From assembly GCA_016432265.1 (NCBI GenBank), contig CP066681.1, forward strand, positions 458,342 to 522,341: DNA of 64,000 nt. The letters are read 5' to 3'. The notes under the pieces were generated by a model. That model was not told where the DNA came from. It ran no database searches and saw nothing but the letters and a program-made list of their open reading frames with translations. This DNA is from Micavibrio aeruginosavorus. GTDB taxonomy: Bacteria > Pseudomonadota > Alphaproteobacteria > Micavibrionales > Micavibrionaceae. The position numbers were made by a program, and so were the translations under genes. Shown here one piece after another: positions 1 to 8,626 of this stretch; positions within the stretch are counted from its first letter, which is position 1, and every line of letters starts with the position of its first letter.

Positions 1-2357
1 CCCCATCCCGAGATGCCATAAATGATGCCAAAGTTCACAGCCTTGGCTGAGCGTCGCAAATCCGGTGTGACCTGATCCAGTGGCACGCCAAACACCTGTG
101 AGGCTGTAAGGGCGTGAATATCGATATGATCGCGGAAGGCTTGCTTCAACGCCTTTACGTCTGCCAGTTCGGCCGCCAGCCGCAACTCCACCTGTGAATA
201 GTCAACTGAAAGCAGTTTGTGGCCTTTTTCCGCAATAAAAGCTTTACGGATGCGGCGGCCTTCTTCGGTGCGGATCGGGATGTTTTGCAGATTCGGATCT
301 GAAGATGACAGGCGCCCTGTATTGGTACCGGTCATGTGGAAAGATGTGTGCACACGGCCCGTTGCCGGGTTGATTTGCTCCTGCAATGTGTCGGTGTAGG
401 TGGATTTAAGTTTGGAAAGCTGCCGCCACGCCAATATTTTGGCAACGATCTCATGACCTTGTGTCTCCAGATCCTCCAGTACATCGGCGGCCGTAGACCA
501 ATCGCCGCCTTTGGTTTTATTTCCGCCGGGAAGGGCCATCTCTTCAAACAGAACCGCACCCATCTGTTTGGGCGAGGCGATGTTGAACTCATGACCGGCC
601 AGCTTGTATATCTCCTGTTCAAGGGAGGTCAGCTTCCGGCCGAACTCGAGGCTCAGCTCCTTCAGAACCTGCGTGTCGACCTTGATGCCGGCCAGCTCCA
701 TATCGGCAATGACGGGGATGATCGGTCGCTCTATGTCCTCATAAACCCGTGTGCATTGCTCCTGTGCCAGCCGCGGCTTCAGCAGATGGTAAAGCCGCAG
801 CGTGATTTCGGCGTCTTCAGCGGCGTAATCGCGGGCTTGCTCCAACGGCACCAGGTCGAAAGTTATCTGGTTCTTTCCTTTGCCGGTAACGTCCTCATAA
901 GCGATGTTTTTGTGGCCACAAAGCAGTTCAGCCAGCTCGTCCATGCCGTGGCCGTGATTGCTGCCGTCCAGCACATACGACATCAGCATCGTATCGTCGA
1001 CAGGGGTCATGCGGATACCTTGCTGCGCCAGCATTTGCCAGTCATACTTCATGTTGTGCCCGATTTTTGTGACGCGCGGGTCTTCGAGTATCGGTCGAAG
1101 AAGATCGATTGCTTGCTTTGTATCGATTTGCTTCAGCTCCTGTGCTGGCCCGCCCAGCAAATCCTGCGGCGGTGTGCGGTGGGCCAGCGGAATGTAATAG
1201 CCACGCCCCAACTCGCAGCTCAGGCAGATGCCTACCAGTCCGGCTTTGGCGGGAGTCAGACCCGTGGTTTCCGTATCAACTGCCAGCAGGCCGGTTTCGT
1301 AGGCTCGTGCAATCACGGCCTTCAGGGATTCAGCATCCTGAATTAGTTCGTAACGGTTGGCCGACGCCGGTGGAAACTCATTCTGGTTCTGTGCTGGCGC
1401 TATGATAGCGGCGCCCTCATAAGGAGCGATTGTTGCTGGTTTGATCGCCGTGGGCCCCGGTTGCGTCGCCGGGTTTTGCCCTAGACGGCTGAGGATGGAA
1501 CGGAAACCTTGCGTTGCGAGGAAGCTTGTCAGTGCTGGCGTATTCGGGTCATGAGCGTGCAAACCCTCTATGGGGAGGGGCAGCGGCACGTCATCGCGCA
1601 GTGTGACCAGTTGTTTGGAAATGCGGGCGAGGGCTGTATTCTCGACCAGAGCGTCGCGTCGTTTTGGTTGTTTGATATCGTGGGCCTTGGCCAGAAGATT
1701 TTCCAGGCTGCCGTATTCATTGATCAACTGGGCAGCGGTCTTGATCCCGATGCCGGGAACGCCTGGGACATTATCGGAGGAGTCTCCCACCAAAGCCTGC
1801 ACATCGGTCACCTTGTCTGGCGTGACGCCGAATTTATCCTGTACGTCGTCCAGCGTCAGATAACGGCCCTTGATCGGTTCGTACATGCGCACGCCTTCGC
1901 GCACCAACTGCATCAGATCCTTGTCTGAGCCGACGATCGTCACCTTCTTGCCCTGCGCCAAGGCTTCGCGGGCGTATGTCGCGATCAGATCGTCGGCTTC
2001 AAAACCTTCCATCTCCAGAGCCGGGATGCCGAAGGCTTTGGTTGCCTCGCGGATCAGTCCGAATTGAGGAATCAGGTCGGGCGGCGTCTCGTCGCGGTTG
2101 GCTTTGTATTCCGGATAAATATCGTAGCGGAAATTCTTGCGTGCGGCATCAAAGACCACGGCAATATAGGGCGCGTGCAAATCCTTGAGCAGCTTGACCA
2201 TCATGTTGCAGAAGCCTAACACCGCGCCGACCGGCACGCCCTGGGGGTTGGTGAGGTTTTGCGGCACGGCATAATAGGCGCGGAAAATATAGCCTGAACC
2301 GTCGACGAGAAAGATCTCATCGTCTGTAGGCAAGGGGCTGGCTTGGGGCTGATTCAT
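1..2357 (-). CDS. polA: DNA polymerase I (N-terminal 5-prime nuclease and most of the protein; C-terminus beyond window start)
   Basis: Minus-strand translation from ATG at 2357 reads MNQPQAS...DEIFLVDGSGYIFRAYYA...EADDLIAT...KDLMQLV, continuing into 3'-5' exo and polymerase motifs to position 1. Plus-strand ORFs in the track here are shadow frames. Confidence 0.9.
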   Translation of the reverse strand, partial: MNQPQASPLPTDDEIFLVDGSGYIFRAYYAVPQNLTNPQGVPVGAVLGFCNMMVKLLKDLHAPYIAVVFDAARKNFRYDIYPEYKANRDETPPDLIPQFGLIREATKAFGIPALEMEGFEADDLIATYAREALAQGKKVTIVGSDKDLMQLVREGVRMYEPIKGRYLTLDDVQDKFGVTPDKVTDVQALVGDSSDNVPGVPGIGIKTAAQLINEYGSLENLLAKAHDIKQPKRRDALVENTALARISKQLVTLRDDVPLPLPIEGLHAHDPNTPALTSFLATQGFRSILSRLGQNPATQPGPTAIKPATIAPYEGAAIIAPAQNQNEFPPASANRYELIQDAESLKAVIARAYETGLLAVDTETTGLTPAKAGLVGICLSCELGRGYYIPLAHRTPPQDLLGGPAQELKQIDTKQAIDLLRPILEDPRVTKIGHNMKYDWQMLAQQGIRMTPVDDTMLMSYVLDGSNHGHGMDELAELLCGHKNIAYEDVTGKGKNQITFDLVPLEQARDYAAEDAEITLRLYHLLKPRLAQEQCTRVYEDIERPIIPVIADMELAGIKVDTQVLKELSLEFGRKLTSLEQEIYKLAGHEFNIASPKQMGAVLFEEMALPGGNKTKGGDWSTAADVLEDLETQGHEIVAKILAWRQLSKLKSTYTDTLQEQINPATGRVHTSFHMTGTNTGRLSSSDPNLQNIPIRTEEGRRIRKAFIAEKGHKLLSVDYSQVELRLAAELADVKALKQAFRDHIDIHALTASQVFGVPLDQVTPDLRRSAKAVNFGIIYGISGW

Positions 2358-2439
2358 GCTCCCGAGGATGGCGGAATTCATTGTTTATGTCTATGGCTTC
2401 AGTAAATGGAATGTGATTTTGACATAAAATATATGGGCG

Positions 2440-3702
2440 CTATAGGCCTTGTCTGTCGGCTTCGATATAATCAAGGTCGGCATGAAAAGTTTCCTTCAGG
2501 AAGGTCAGAGCCGTAAATCCGATGATAAATGCGCCGATGCCCACATAAAGAGCGCTTTCTATAACACCCTGATTCTTCAGAGAAACAAAGATAGATGTGC
2601 TGACAACAGCTGTGGCGCGCACGAAATTCGGTACGGATGTTGTGACGGTAGCGCGGATATCCGTGCCGAATTGCTCAGCGGCTGTGGTTAACATCAAAAC
2701 CCAGTAGCCGATAAAAACGCCGATCAGCAGGCAATAGGCATAGTAGACCCATGCACTGATATTTTCCGATGTCAGCAAGGAAGCGCATCCGGTAGCTGAC
2801 AGAACCATGAAAAGCGCAATCGCTTTTTTCCGGCTTTGCAGCTTCTGGCTTATCAGCCCGCTGGCAAGGTCGCCGATTGTCAGGCCCAAATAACAAAGGG
2901 GCAGGGCTGTGGCTACCAGCAGGGGCTCGGCGATATTCATCGCTCGGCCTATTTCGGGGGTAAAGGTGATGATTACGCCAACGACATACCATATAGGCAC
3001 GCCGATCAGGATGCAGGCCATATAACGCAGGAAACGCTTGCGGTTGCGGAACAACAATAACAGATTGCCGCGTTTTATATGTTGTTGCGCTCTGGCCGTT
3101 TTAAACATCAGTGATTCAGCCACGCCCACCCGCAGCGTCAGCAACAGCAACCCCATGCAGCCGCCGAATATATAGGCGGTTTGCCAGTCCAGCATGTGGC
3201 CGGTAAAGCCGGCCAGCATACCGCCGGAAACGCCGACGGCGGCGACAAACGTGGTGCCATAGCCACGCAGGTGCCTGGGCATCAGTTCTACAACCAGTGT
3301 TATCCCGGCGCCGATCTCTCCGGCCAGGCCGACCCCGGCCAACAGGCGGCAGATGGCATATTGGTCGACGGTGGTGATAAAGGCGTTAGTAATATTGGCA
3401 AGCGAGTAAAGCAAGATGGAGCCGAAGAGGACTTGCTTGCGTCCGACCCGATCGCCCATGACTCCCCAGAGCAAGCCGCCGATCAAAAAGCCGCCTAGCT
3501 GCATGTTCAAGAGCAAAGCGCCGGTCGACATCATCGCTTCACCCTCAATGCCCAGCCCATTCAGGCTGGCGACGCGCACGACGCTGAACAGCACCAGATC
3601 GTAGATGTCGACGAAATACCCCAGTGCCGCGATCAGGATCGTCAGTATGACCTTACGGTCGGCTTTCAGCGCGTCGCGCAGGCTTTGCGATTGACTTGTC
3701 AT
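2440..3702 (-). CDS. MFS transporter
   Basis: 12-TM hydrophobic profile and an MFS signature (GDRVGRK). The likely start is ATG at 3702, preceded by a GGGGGGAA RBS; the ORF track extends it to 3777. Confidence 0.75.
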   Translation of the reverse strand: MTSQSQSLRDALKADRKVILTILIAALGYFVDIYDLVLFSVVRVASLNGLGIEGEAMMSTGALLLNMQLGGFLIGGLLWGVMGDRVGRKQVLFGSILLYSLANITNAFITTVDQYAICRLLAGVGLAGEIGAGITLVVELMPRHLRGYGTTFVAAVGVSGGMLAGFTGHMLDWQTAYIFGGCMGLLLLTLRVGVAESLMFKTARAQQHIKRGNLLLLFRNRKRFLRYMACILIGVPIWYVVGVIITFTPEIGRAMNIAEPLLVATALPLCYLGLTIGDLASGLISQKLQSRKKAIALFMVLSATGCASLLTSENISAWVYYAYCLLIGVFIGYWVLMLTTAAEQFGTDIRATVTTSVPNFVRATAVVSTSIFVSLKNQGVIESALYVGIGAFIIGFTALTFLKETFHADLDYIEADRQGL

Positions 3703-3730
3703 GTCGTTCCCCCCGGTTCCGGGAAGAATT

Positions 3731-5122
3731 TTATGCGACTGCCGCATACAGCGCAACCGCTGCCGCGTTGGAAACATTCAGGCTGGGGATCGGGCCATCC
3801 ATGCGGATTTTGACCAGAACATCGCAATGTTCCTTGACCAGATGGCGCAGGCCCGGGCCTTCCGATCCCAGCACCAGCGCCAGACGCTCGATGCCTTTCA
3901 GCGAATCGACGGTTTGTTCACCGCGCTCATCAAGTCCGGCGACGGTGTAGCCTTCGGTCTGCAGGGCTTCGATCGTGCGGGAAAGGTTGGTTTCATAGGC
4001 AACCATGACATGTTCGACGGCGCCGCAGGCGGCTTTGGCCACAACGCCGGTCAATTCAGGCGCGTTGCGGCGCTGCATGACGACGCCATCGCCGCCCAGT
4101 GCGCAGACGCTGCGGATGATCGCGCCCACATTATGCGGGTCTGTCACCTGATCCAGAATAACCACCAACGAGCGATTCTTGTTTTTGCCGCGGTTGATGA
4201 TGTCCTGAATGAAAACCTCCTCCGGTTCGGCGGCGGTCGCGGCCACGCCCTGATGCACGGCGTCGCGCGGCAGGTGCTTGTCGAGGTCTTCACGTCCGAC
4301 CAGCGTTGGTTCCGGGCGGTGGATGCCGGCGGTGCGGGCTTCCTCCATGACCGGGGCGAACAGCTTCAGTTCTTCTGGTGTGGTATAGAGCGCGCTGATG
4401 GTGCGCGCAGGGTTCAGCCACGCGGCCTTTACGGCGTGTTGGCCCCAGAGATTGGCCTGAATTCGTACGCGTGGCGTGGATGTGCTGCCGCTTAACGTTT
4501 CTGCGCCGATTCTGGTCTTGCGTTCGCGCGGTGCGGGCGCGGCGGGGGCGTCGTCGGCGAAGCGGCCCTTAAAGGGCTTTCGGGCGGCGTATTTGCCCTG
4601 TGATGCGGGGCGGGCTTTGGCATCGCGTTTCGGTTTACGTGGAGTTTCACTTTCATCACGCATATAACGGCGGGGCGTGCCGGCGCGTTCGCCGCTATCG
4701 CGACGCGGCGGGCGGCTGTCCCGGTCGCGATCGGCGTAAGAACGTTTGGGTTTGTCGCCGCGTTCGCTATAGGAACGACGGGGCTTGTCGTCACGGTCGC
4801 TATAGGCCCGCTTCGGACGATCCTCGCCGTAGCTGCGGCGGGGTTTGTCATCCCGGTCACTGTAGGCGCGCTTGGGGCGCTCCTCACCGTAAGAACGGGC
4901 TGACGCGCGCGGGGGCCTGTCGTCACGTTCGCTGTAAGGGCGCCGGGGGCGCTCCTCACGCTCGCCACGGGTGGGGTGGTTGTCGCGATCCCCATAGGAG
5001 CGTTTGGGCTTGTCATCACGGCTCCGGGCTCCGCCTGTACGACCGAAACCGCCGGATTTCCCGCCTGAACGACCGGCGGGTTTACCGCCTTTACCACCTT
5101 TATTGCCAAATTCGCGCGCCAT
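3731..5122 (-). CDS. rlmB: TrmH/SpoU-family 23S rRNA 2'-O-methyltransferase (RlmB-like) with a ~200-aa N-terminal R/K/D/E-rich repetitive extension
   Basis: The C-terminal half has SpoU methylase motifs (LVVILDQVTDPHNVGAIIRS, LVLGSEGPGL, IPSLNVSNAAAVALY). The N-terminus consists of RSYGEDRPKRAYSDRDDKPR-type 20-aa repeats. Confidence 0.75.
   Translation of the reverse strand: MAREFGNKGGKGGKPAGRSGGKSGGFGRTGGARSRDDKPKRSYGDRDNHPTRGEREERPRRPYSERDDRPPRASARSYGEERPKRAYSDRDDKPRRSYGEDRPKRAYSDRDDKPRRSYSERGDKPKRSYADRDRDSRPPRRDSGERAGTPRRYMRDESETPRKPKRDAKARPASQGKYAARKPFKGRFADDAPAAPAPRERKTRIGAETLSGSTSTPRVRIQANLWGQHAVKAAWLNPARTISALYTTPEELKLFAPVMEEARTAGIHRPEPTLVGREDLDKHLPRDAVHQGVAATAAEPEEVFIQDIINRGKNKNRSLVVILDQVTDPHNVGAIIRSVCALGGDGVVMQRRNAPELTGVVAKAACGAVEHVMVAYETNLSRTIEALQTEGYTVAGLDERGEQTVDSLKGIERLALVLGSEGPGLRHLVKEHCDVLVKIRMDGPIPSLNVSNAAAVALYAAVA
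4740..4930 (-). repeat. Imperfect 60-nt tandem repeats encoding the Arg/Lys-rich N-terminal extension of the rlmB-like gene
   Basis: Repeated ...cgctataggaacgacggggcttgtcgtcacggtcgctataggcccgcttcgg... units; the protein period is 20 aa. Confidence 0.6.
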
Positions 5123-5239
5123 GGGGGCTCCGTTTCGTATTATTTTTCAAGAATTTCAGTGGCCGGACAATACTCGGACTTGACAGATAAAGCAAAAACC
5201 TTTTTCTTGTGCGGGCTTAACGGCGACCTTGGTTCCGAT

Positions 5240-5325
5240 GGAGAGATGGCTGAGCGGTCAAAAGCACCTGACTGTAAATCAGGCGCCTTCGGGCTACGTA
5301 GGTTCAAATCCTGCTCTCTCCACCA
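5240..5325 (+). tRNA. tRNA-Tyr (anticodon GTA), long variable arm
   Basis: GGAGAGA acceptor stem pairs with TCTCTCC, then discriminator A and CCA. The anticodon loop is CTGTAAA with GTA at the anticodon position. The T-stem is GTAGG/CCTGC with loop TTCAAAT. Confidence 0.9.
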
Positions 5326-5361
5326 CCAAGTTTAACTTATTGATATAAAATAATAAAAAAA

Positions 5362-5383
5362 CCCCGCAGAAGCGGGGTTTTTT
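5362..5383 (+). terminator. Rho-independent terminator after tRNA-Tyr
   Basis: CCCCGC-agaa-GCGGGG hairpin followed by a TTTTTT run. Confidence 0.8.
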
Positions 5384-5488
5384 ATGCGTCTGGGTTTTGG
5401 GATCACTCGGGGAAAATTGTCTTAAGAGATTGAAAAATCATCATTTTCTCCACGACCATTAGTGCAAGCTGCCCCCTAGGCAGGCGGG

Positions 5489-5686
5489 TTAAAAACATGT
5501 GAAGTACCGATTTTGCAGATTATAATAGCAGCCATTATAATTTCCAATGTGTCTGGCGTGCGATGATTGGACAATTGCAAGTGTTGCCGCCAAGACAATG
5601 CCGACGATGGATATACCGCTTATTATCCTTATAAAGGAAGCTTGTGCTTTATTCGGCGTCTTAATGTTCATAAAGACTTCCTGCAC
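5489..5686 (-). CDS. Hypothetical small membrane protein (single predicted TM helix)
   Basis: The 65-aa ORF contains the hydrophobic stretch FIRIISGISIVGIVLAATLAIV. It lies in AT-rich DNA with no other support. Confidence 0.25.
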   Translation of the reverse strand: MQEVFMNIKTPNKAQASFIRIISGISIVGIVLAATLAIVQSSHARHIGNYNGCYYNLQNRYFTCF

Positions 5687-5949
5687 TATGTTGTATGTAC
5701 AAGAGTCATGTAGGTTTCACGTTGTGAATCTTTATCGGATTCATCCAGGCAGCCATTGCGAAGAACCAGGCAGTATGTAGTGATAATGATATTGAATGTT
5801 GATTGGATCAGTATCTCGATATCTTCATTCCCTGTCTTTTTTGCTTCGCCCTTAAGGTAAACCAAGGCTTCGATAATGCCGACTATTCTTGTGTAATCGT
5901 ATTCTTTAATTTCATGCGGCCCGTTTAGAATCTTCATATTCTCCTCCAT
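5686..5949 (-). CDS. Hypothetical 87-aa protein immediately downstream of the LuxI-family gene
   Basis: ORF co-oriented with and overlapping the 3-prime end of the luxI-type gene. The arrangement recalls the small GinA-type proteins found downstream of ginI in acetic acid bacteria, but no sequence comparison was possible. Confidence 0.4.
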   Translation of the reverse strand: MEENMKILNGPHEIKEYDYTRIVGIIEALVYLKGEAKKTGNEDIEILIQSTFNIIITTYCLVLRNGCLDESDKDSQRETYMTLVHTT

Positions 5950-6553
5950 TTAGCAAAAGTACAGATTCTTTGATTTGGCTTGTTTGCCGTATGCGGAGTA
6001 GCTGTCGCGGCGTGATTTCCATGACGGCAGCCCTGATCAGCATGTTGTCTACCTCTATTCCACCGCCCAGATATTCGAAAGAGCAACCCGCCTTTCCAAA
6101 AACTGACCGGAGTATGAATGTCGGCATGACGCCAATTATATTTTTGATTCCTAGCCGCATTCCCAGCTCTACATGAGCCGCCACAAGCTCATTGCTAATA
6201 ATCCTGCGAACGTGGGCGGGGAGGCTTCTTTCAACGCAAAAGCGCGTTGACTCCCATACGTCATGATCTGTGAATATAGACTGATCGTTTACAAGCTCTG
6301 GCCATAAATCTTTAATCATGCAGCATTGAGAAACCGGCGTTAGTCTGCTCAACCCCAATGCTTCTCCAGAAACTTCATCGCGGTAGACAAGGTATATTGT
6401 AGCAGGGGTGTCGTATTGGTCGTACTCCATCCCGTTATAAGAACTGACGGCGTATCCCTGCCTTTCTTTGAAGGAGCGATATCGAAGCCGGAATAGTGAG
6501 GGGAATGCCGGCCCGTATTCATGCAAGTTATTATAGGTCAGGTAAGATATCAT
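5912..6553 (-). CDS. Acyl-homoserine-lactone synthase, LuxI family
   Basis: Autoinducer-synthase motifs are present: FRLRYRSFKERQGY near the N-terminus, a conserved acidic/Trp block, and WESTRFCV matching the LuxI ExSRxxV block. The 213-aa length is typical. Confidence 0.85.
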   Translation of the reverse strand: MISYLTYNNLHEYGPAFPSLFRLRYRSFKERQGYAVSSYNGMEYDQYDTPATIYLVYRDEVSGEALGLSRLTPVSQCCMIKDLWPELVNDQSIFTDHDVWESTRFCVERSLPAHVRRIISNELVAAHVELGMRLGIKNIIGVMPTFILRSVFGKAGCSFEYLGGGIEVDNMLIRAAVMEITPRQLLRIRQTSQIKESVLLLNGGEYEDSKRAA

Positions 6554-6607
6554 GGCCCCAGGTTCTTCTCGTAGGGCTTATTAAAGAAGATATTGCGCGC
6601 GAATTAA

Positions 6608-6625
6608 ATCACGAGAATTCGTGAT
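6608..6625. promoter_or_regulatory. lux-box-like palindrome ATCACGA-GAAT-TCGTGAT, about 63 nt upstream of the luxI-type start
   Basis: Dyad with perfect 7-bp arms, lying between the luxR-type stop and the luxI-type start. A second copy sits at 8552-8569. Confidence 0.6.
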
Positions 6626-6627
6626 AT

Positions 6628-7395
6628 TTATAAATGCACCAACCCTAAAGTGATGGCTTTTACAACGGCCAAAACGCGGTTGTTTGCTTCAAGCTTCCTG
6701 AAGACTTTGCGCATATGTGAATCAACCGTGTTTTTGCTCATATTCAAAATGAGGCCTATCTCTGTGTCAGTTTTTCCAAGCGCGGCCCATTTCAGAACTT
6801 CACGCTCTTTATCCGTCAAAACTATATTTTGTTCTTGCTCTTGCTCTTGCGTCTTTCGCCTCAAGATTCTTTTATAGGCAATGTAGAAGTGGTTGCAATA
6901 TGCATTAACCATATCGACATTGCCATCAAACGCATCTTTCCTTTCGGTAGTGGCCAGGGCAATGCCGGCCAGCTGGTTCTGTGGCCCCCGTAGCGGCGTG
7001 CATACGCCGTTGCGCAATCCAGCTTCGTCCCCCATATCCAGGCAGAGCTTCTGTTTCCTTGAGAGAAGTATGCGCTTTGGAATATCATCCCATGAAAAAG
7101 TATCGATCTGCGTAGCGCCATAGAGCATCACAGGATCTATGTATTTCAGGTTATTGCTGCTGTAGTATTTTAACCAGCTCTCAGGATAGTTATGCACGAT
7201 CCCAAAATCTGCTTCCTGCCCGATATCATGGTGATCTGTGGAGAGTGAGAATATGGCCCTATCCAGTCCGTGCTGAGCAACGGTTTTTAAAAAAATAGAG
7301 AATAGTGTATCAACGTCACGAGCCTGGTTAGCTTCCGTAACATAATCTTCGAAAGAGTAATTTCTCAGTCCTGCGGACACAGCTAATCCCCCCAC
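6628..7395 (-). CDS. LuxR-family transcriptional regulator (autoinducer-binding domain plus C-terminal HTH)
   Basis: Its C-terminus reads LTDKEREVLKWAALGKTDTEIGLILNMSKNTVDSHMRKVFRKL, a GerE/LuxR-type HTH. The N-terminal ~170 aa resemble an AHL-binding domain (YxxxW...D, WDD motifs). It lies directly upstream of luxI on the same strand. Confidence 0.85.
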   Translation of the reverse strand: MGGLAVSAGLRNYSFEDYVTEANQARDVDTLFSIFLKTVAQHGLDRAIFSLSTDHHDIGQEADFGIVHNYPESWLKYYSSNNLKYIDPVMLYGATQIDTFSWDDIPKRILLSRKQKLCLDMGDEAGLRNGVCTPLRGPQNQLAGIALATTERKDAFDGNVDMVNAYCNHFYIAYKRILRRKTQEQEQEQNIVLTDKEREVLKWAALGKTDTEIGLILNMSKNTVDSHMRKVFRKLEANNRVLAVVKAITLGLVHL

Positions 7396-7610
7396 ATGGT
7401 CAAGCTTAACCGGTCATATACAACCTCAAGTTATATTTTTCAAGAAAAATTACAATAATTCTTGATCCAGTTGTACATTTAACCTGTTGATTACAGAGGT
7501 GTGCATAGGGCCAGATCGGCCTGTTTTCTAAAAAAACATGGAAAAACAAGTAAATAGCAGCATGATGCCAGGCGCATGTGAATAGGCTGGTCGTCCAGTC
7601 AGATGTCTGC

Positions 7611-8510
7611 TCAGCCCGCCTGCATGAGTTTTCTGTGTTCTTGCAGCAGCGGTTTAACGGCTTCAGGAAGAAATTCTTTAAATCCCCTGTTTTTAATATT
7701 CTCCCCTTGCAAAAGTAAGATGGGGTCATGACCCTCGATGCAACCTAGGTTGGGGGCGTGGACAAAGTAGCCTATCAATCTTTGTAATTTTTCAGGAAGC
7801 GCCCTGGCCGTGTCTTGCGGTATGGCGAGGTAACTGTTCTCTGCCTGCCTAAGCCAGCCTAAACAGTAGCTGACAACCACCCCGGTTCGGCTTCCGGCGC
7901 TGTTGTTAGTTCCCCCTGCATGGAGTAATGAGCCAAGCCATATAAGTACAGATCCTGCTTTCATAACGGCCGGGATGATTTCGTGATTGCAAGCGCTCCT
8001 GTCCCGTGGCCACTTATGACTGCCTGGCACAACAAGCGTGGCGCCGTTTTCGTTTGTAAAGTCGTCTACGGCCCACATGCAATTGACCATAGCTTCAGTA
8101 CCTTCATGGTCAAAAGGAAACATGACGTCATCGCGATGCAGGGGCTGTCTGAATTCACCGGGGCCAATTCTTATGGCTTGCGTTAAATGCAACTGATATT
8201 GCTCGCATGATCGCAGCAAAAAGTGATCCATGATGTTAAGAACGGTATTATGGGCTACCATAGACCATGATTGCCGTGACTTTACAAGCAACGAGCTGAG
8301 CCTCTTGGTTTTATATCCGTAGAAATCGCCATGACAGCTATCTGTTTCATCGAAATGAGGTTTAAGCTCTTGAGACAATCTGAGCACCTGCTGTTCGGAT
8401 AAGATACCTTTTATAATGATACAGCCATCTGTCTCTAATATTCTTTGAATGACCCTTATGTCTTCATATATGCCAACCTGTTGGATTCTGGCCATGATGC
8501 TACCTCCCAT
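7611..8510 (-). CDS. Phytanoyl-CoA dioxygenase (PhyH) family Fe(II)/2-oxoglutarate oxygenase
   Basis: HRDD...(facial-triad His-x-Asp), ATLVVPGSHKW and a distal His are typical of PhyH-family proteins. The probable true start is MARIQQ at 8495. Confidence 0.7.
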   Translation of the reverse strand: MGGSIMARIQQVGIYEDIRVIQRILETDGCIIIKGILSEQQVLRLSQELKPHFDETDSCHGDFYGYKTKRLSSLLVKSRQSWSMVAHNTVLNIMDHFLLRSCEQYQLHLTQAIRIGPGEFRQPLHRDDVMFPFDHEGTEAMVNCMWAVDDFTNENGATLVVPGSHKWPRDRSACNHEIIPAVMKAGSVLIWLGSLLHAGGTNNSAGSRTGVVVSYCLGWLRQAENSYLAIPQDTARALPEKLQRLIGYFVHAPNLGCIEGHDPILLLQGENIKNRGFKEFLPEAVKPLLQEHRKLMQAG

Positions 8511-8551
8511 AATCTGAGCAAATACACTAAGGGTTTCCCTGCTTGAGAAGA

Positions 8552-8569
8552 ATCACGAAATCTCGTGAT
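8552..8569. promoter_or_regulatory. Second lux-box-like palindrome ATCACGA-AATC-TCGTGAT in the divergent intergenic region between the PhyH and desaturase genes
   Basis: Same 7-bp arms as the palindrome at 6608-6625. Its centre is about 65 nt upstream of the PhyH MARIQQ start and about 67 nt upstream of the desaturase ATG. Confidence 0.55.
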
Positions 8570-8626
8570 TCATGGTGAGCCGGCTTTTCTACTATTCTGG
8601 CCGGCAGACAGTAAGGGAGGTTCAAT

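Noticed and set aside
336-2188. Plus-strand ORFs (336-1346, 1509-1928 and others) overlapping the polA region
   Set aside because: Their translations are low-complexity nonsense, while the opposite strand gives a continuous, motif-perfect DNA polymerase I. They are shadow frames produced by GC-rich coding DNA.
3701-5190. Long ORFs on both strands (3701-4495 +, 4492-5109 -, 4600-5190 +) overlapping the rlmB-like gene
   Set aside because: Only the 3731-5122 minus frame gives SpoU methyltransferase motifs. The others are alternative frames of the GC-rich repeat region.
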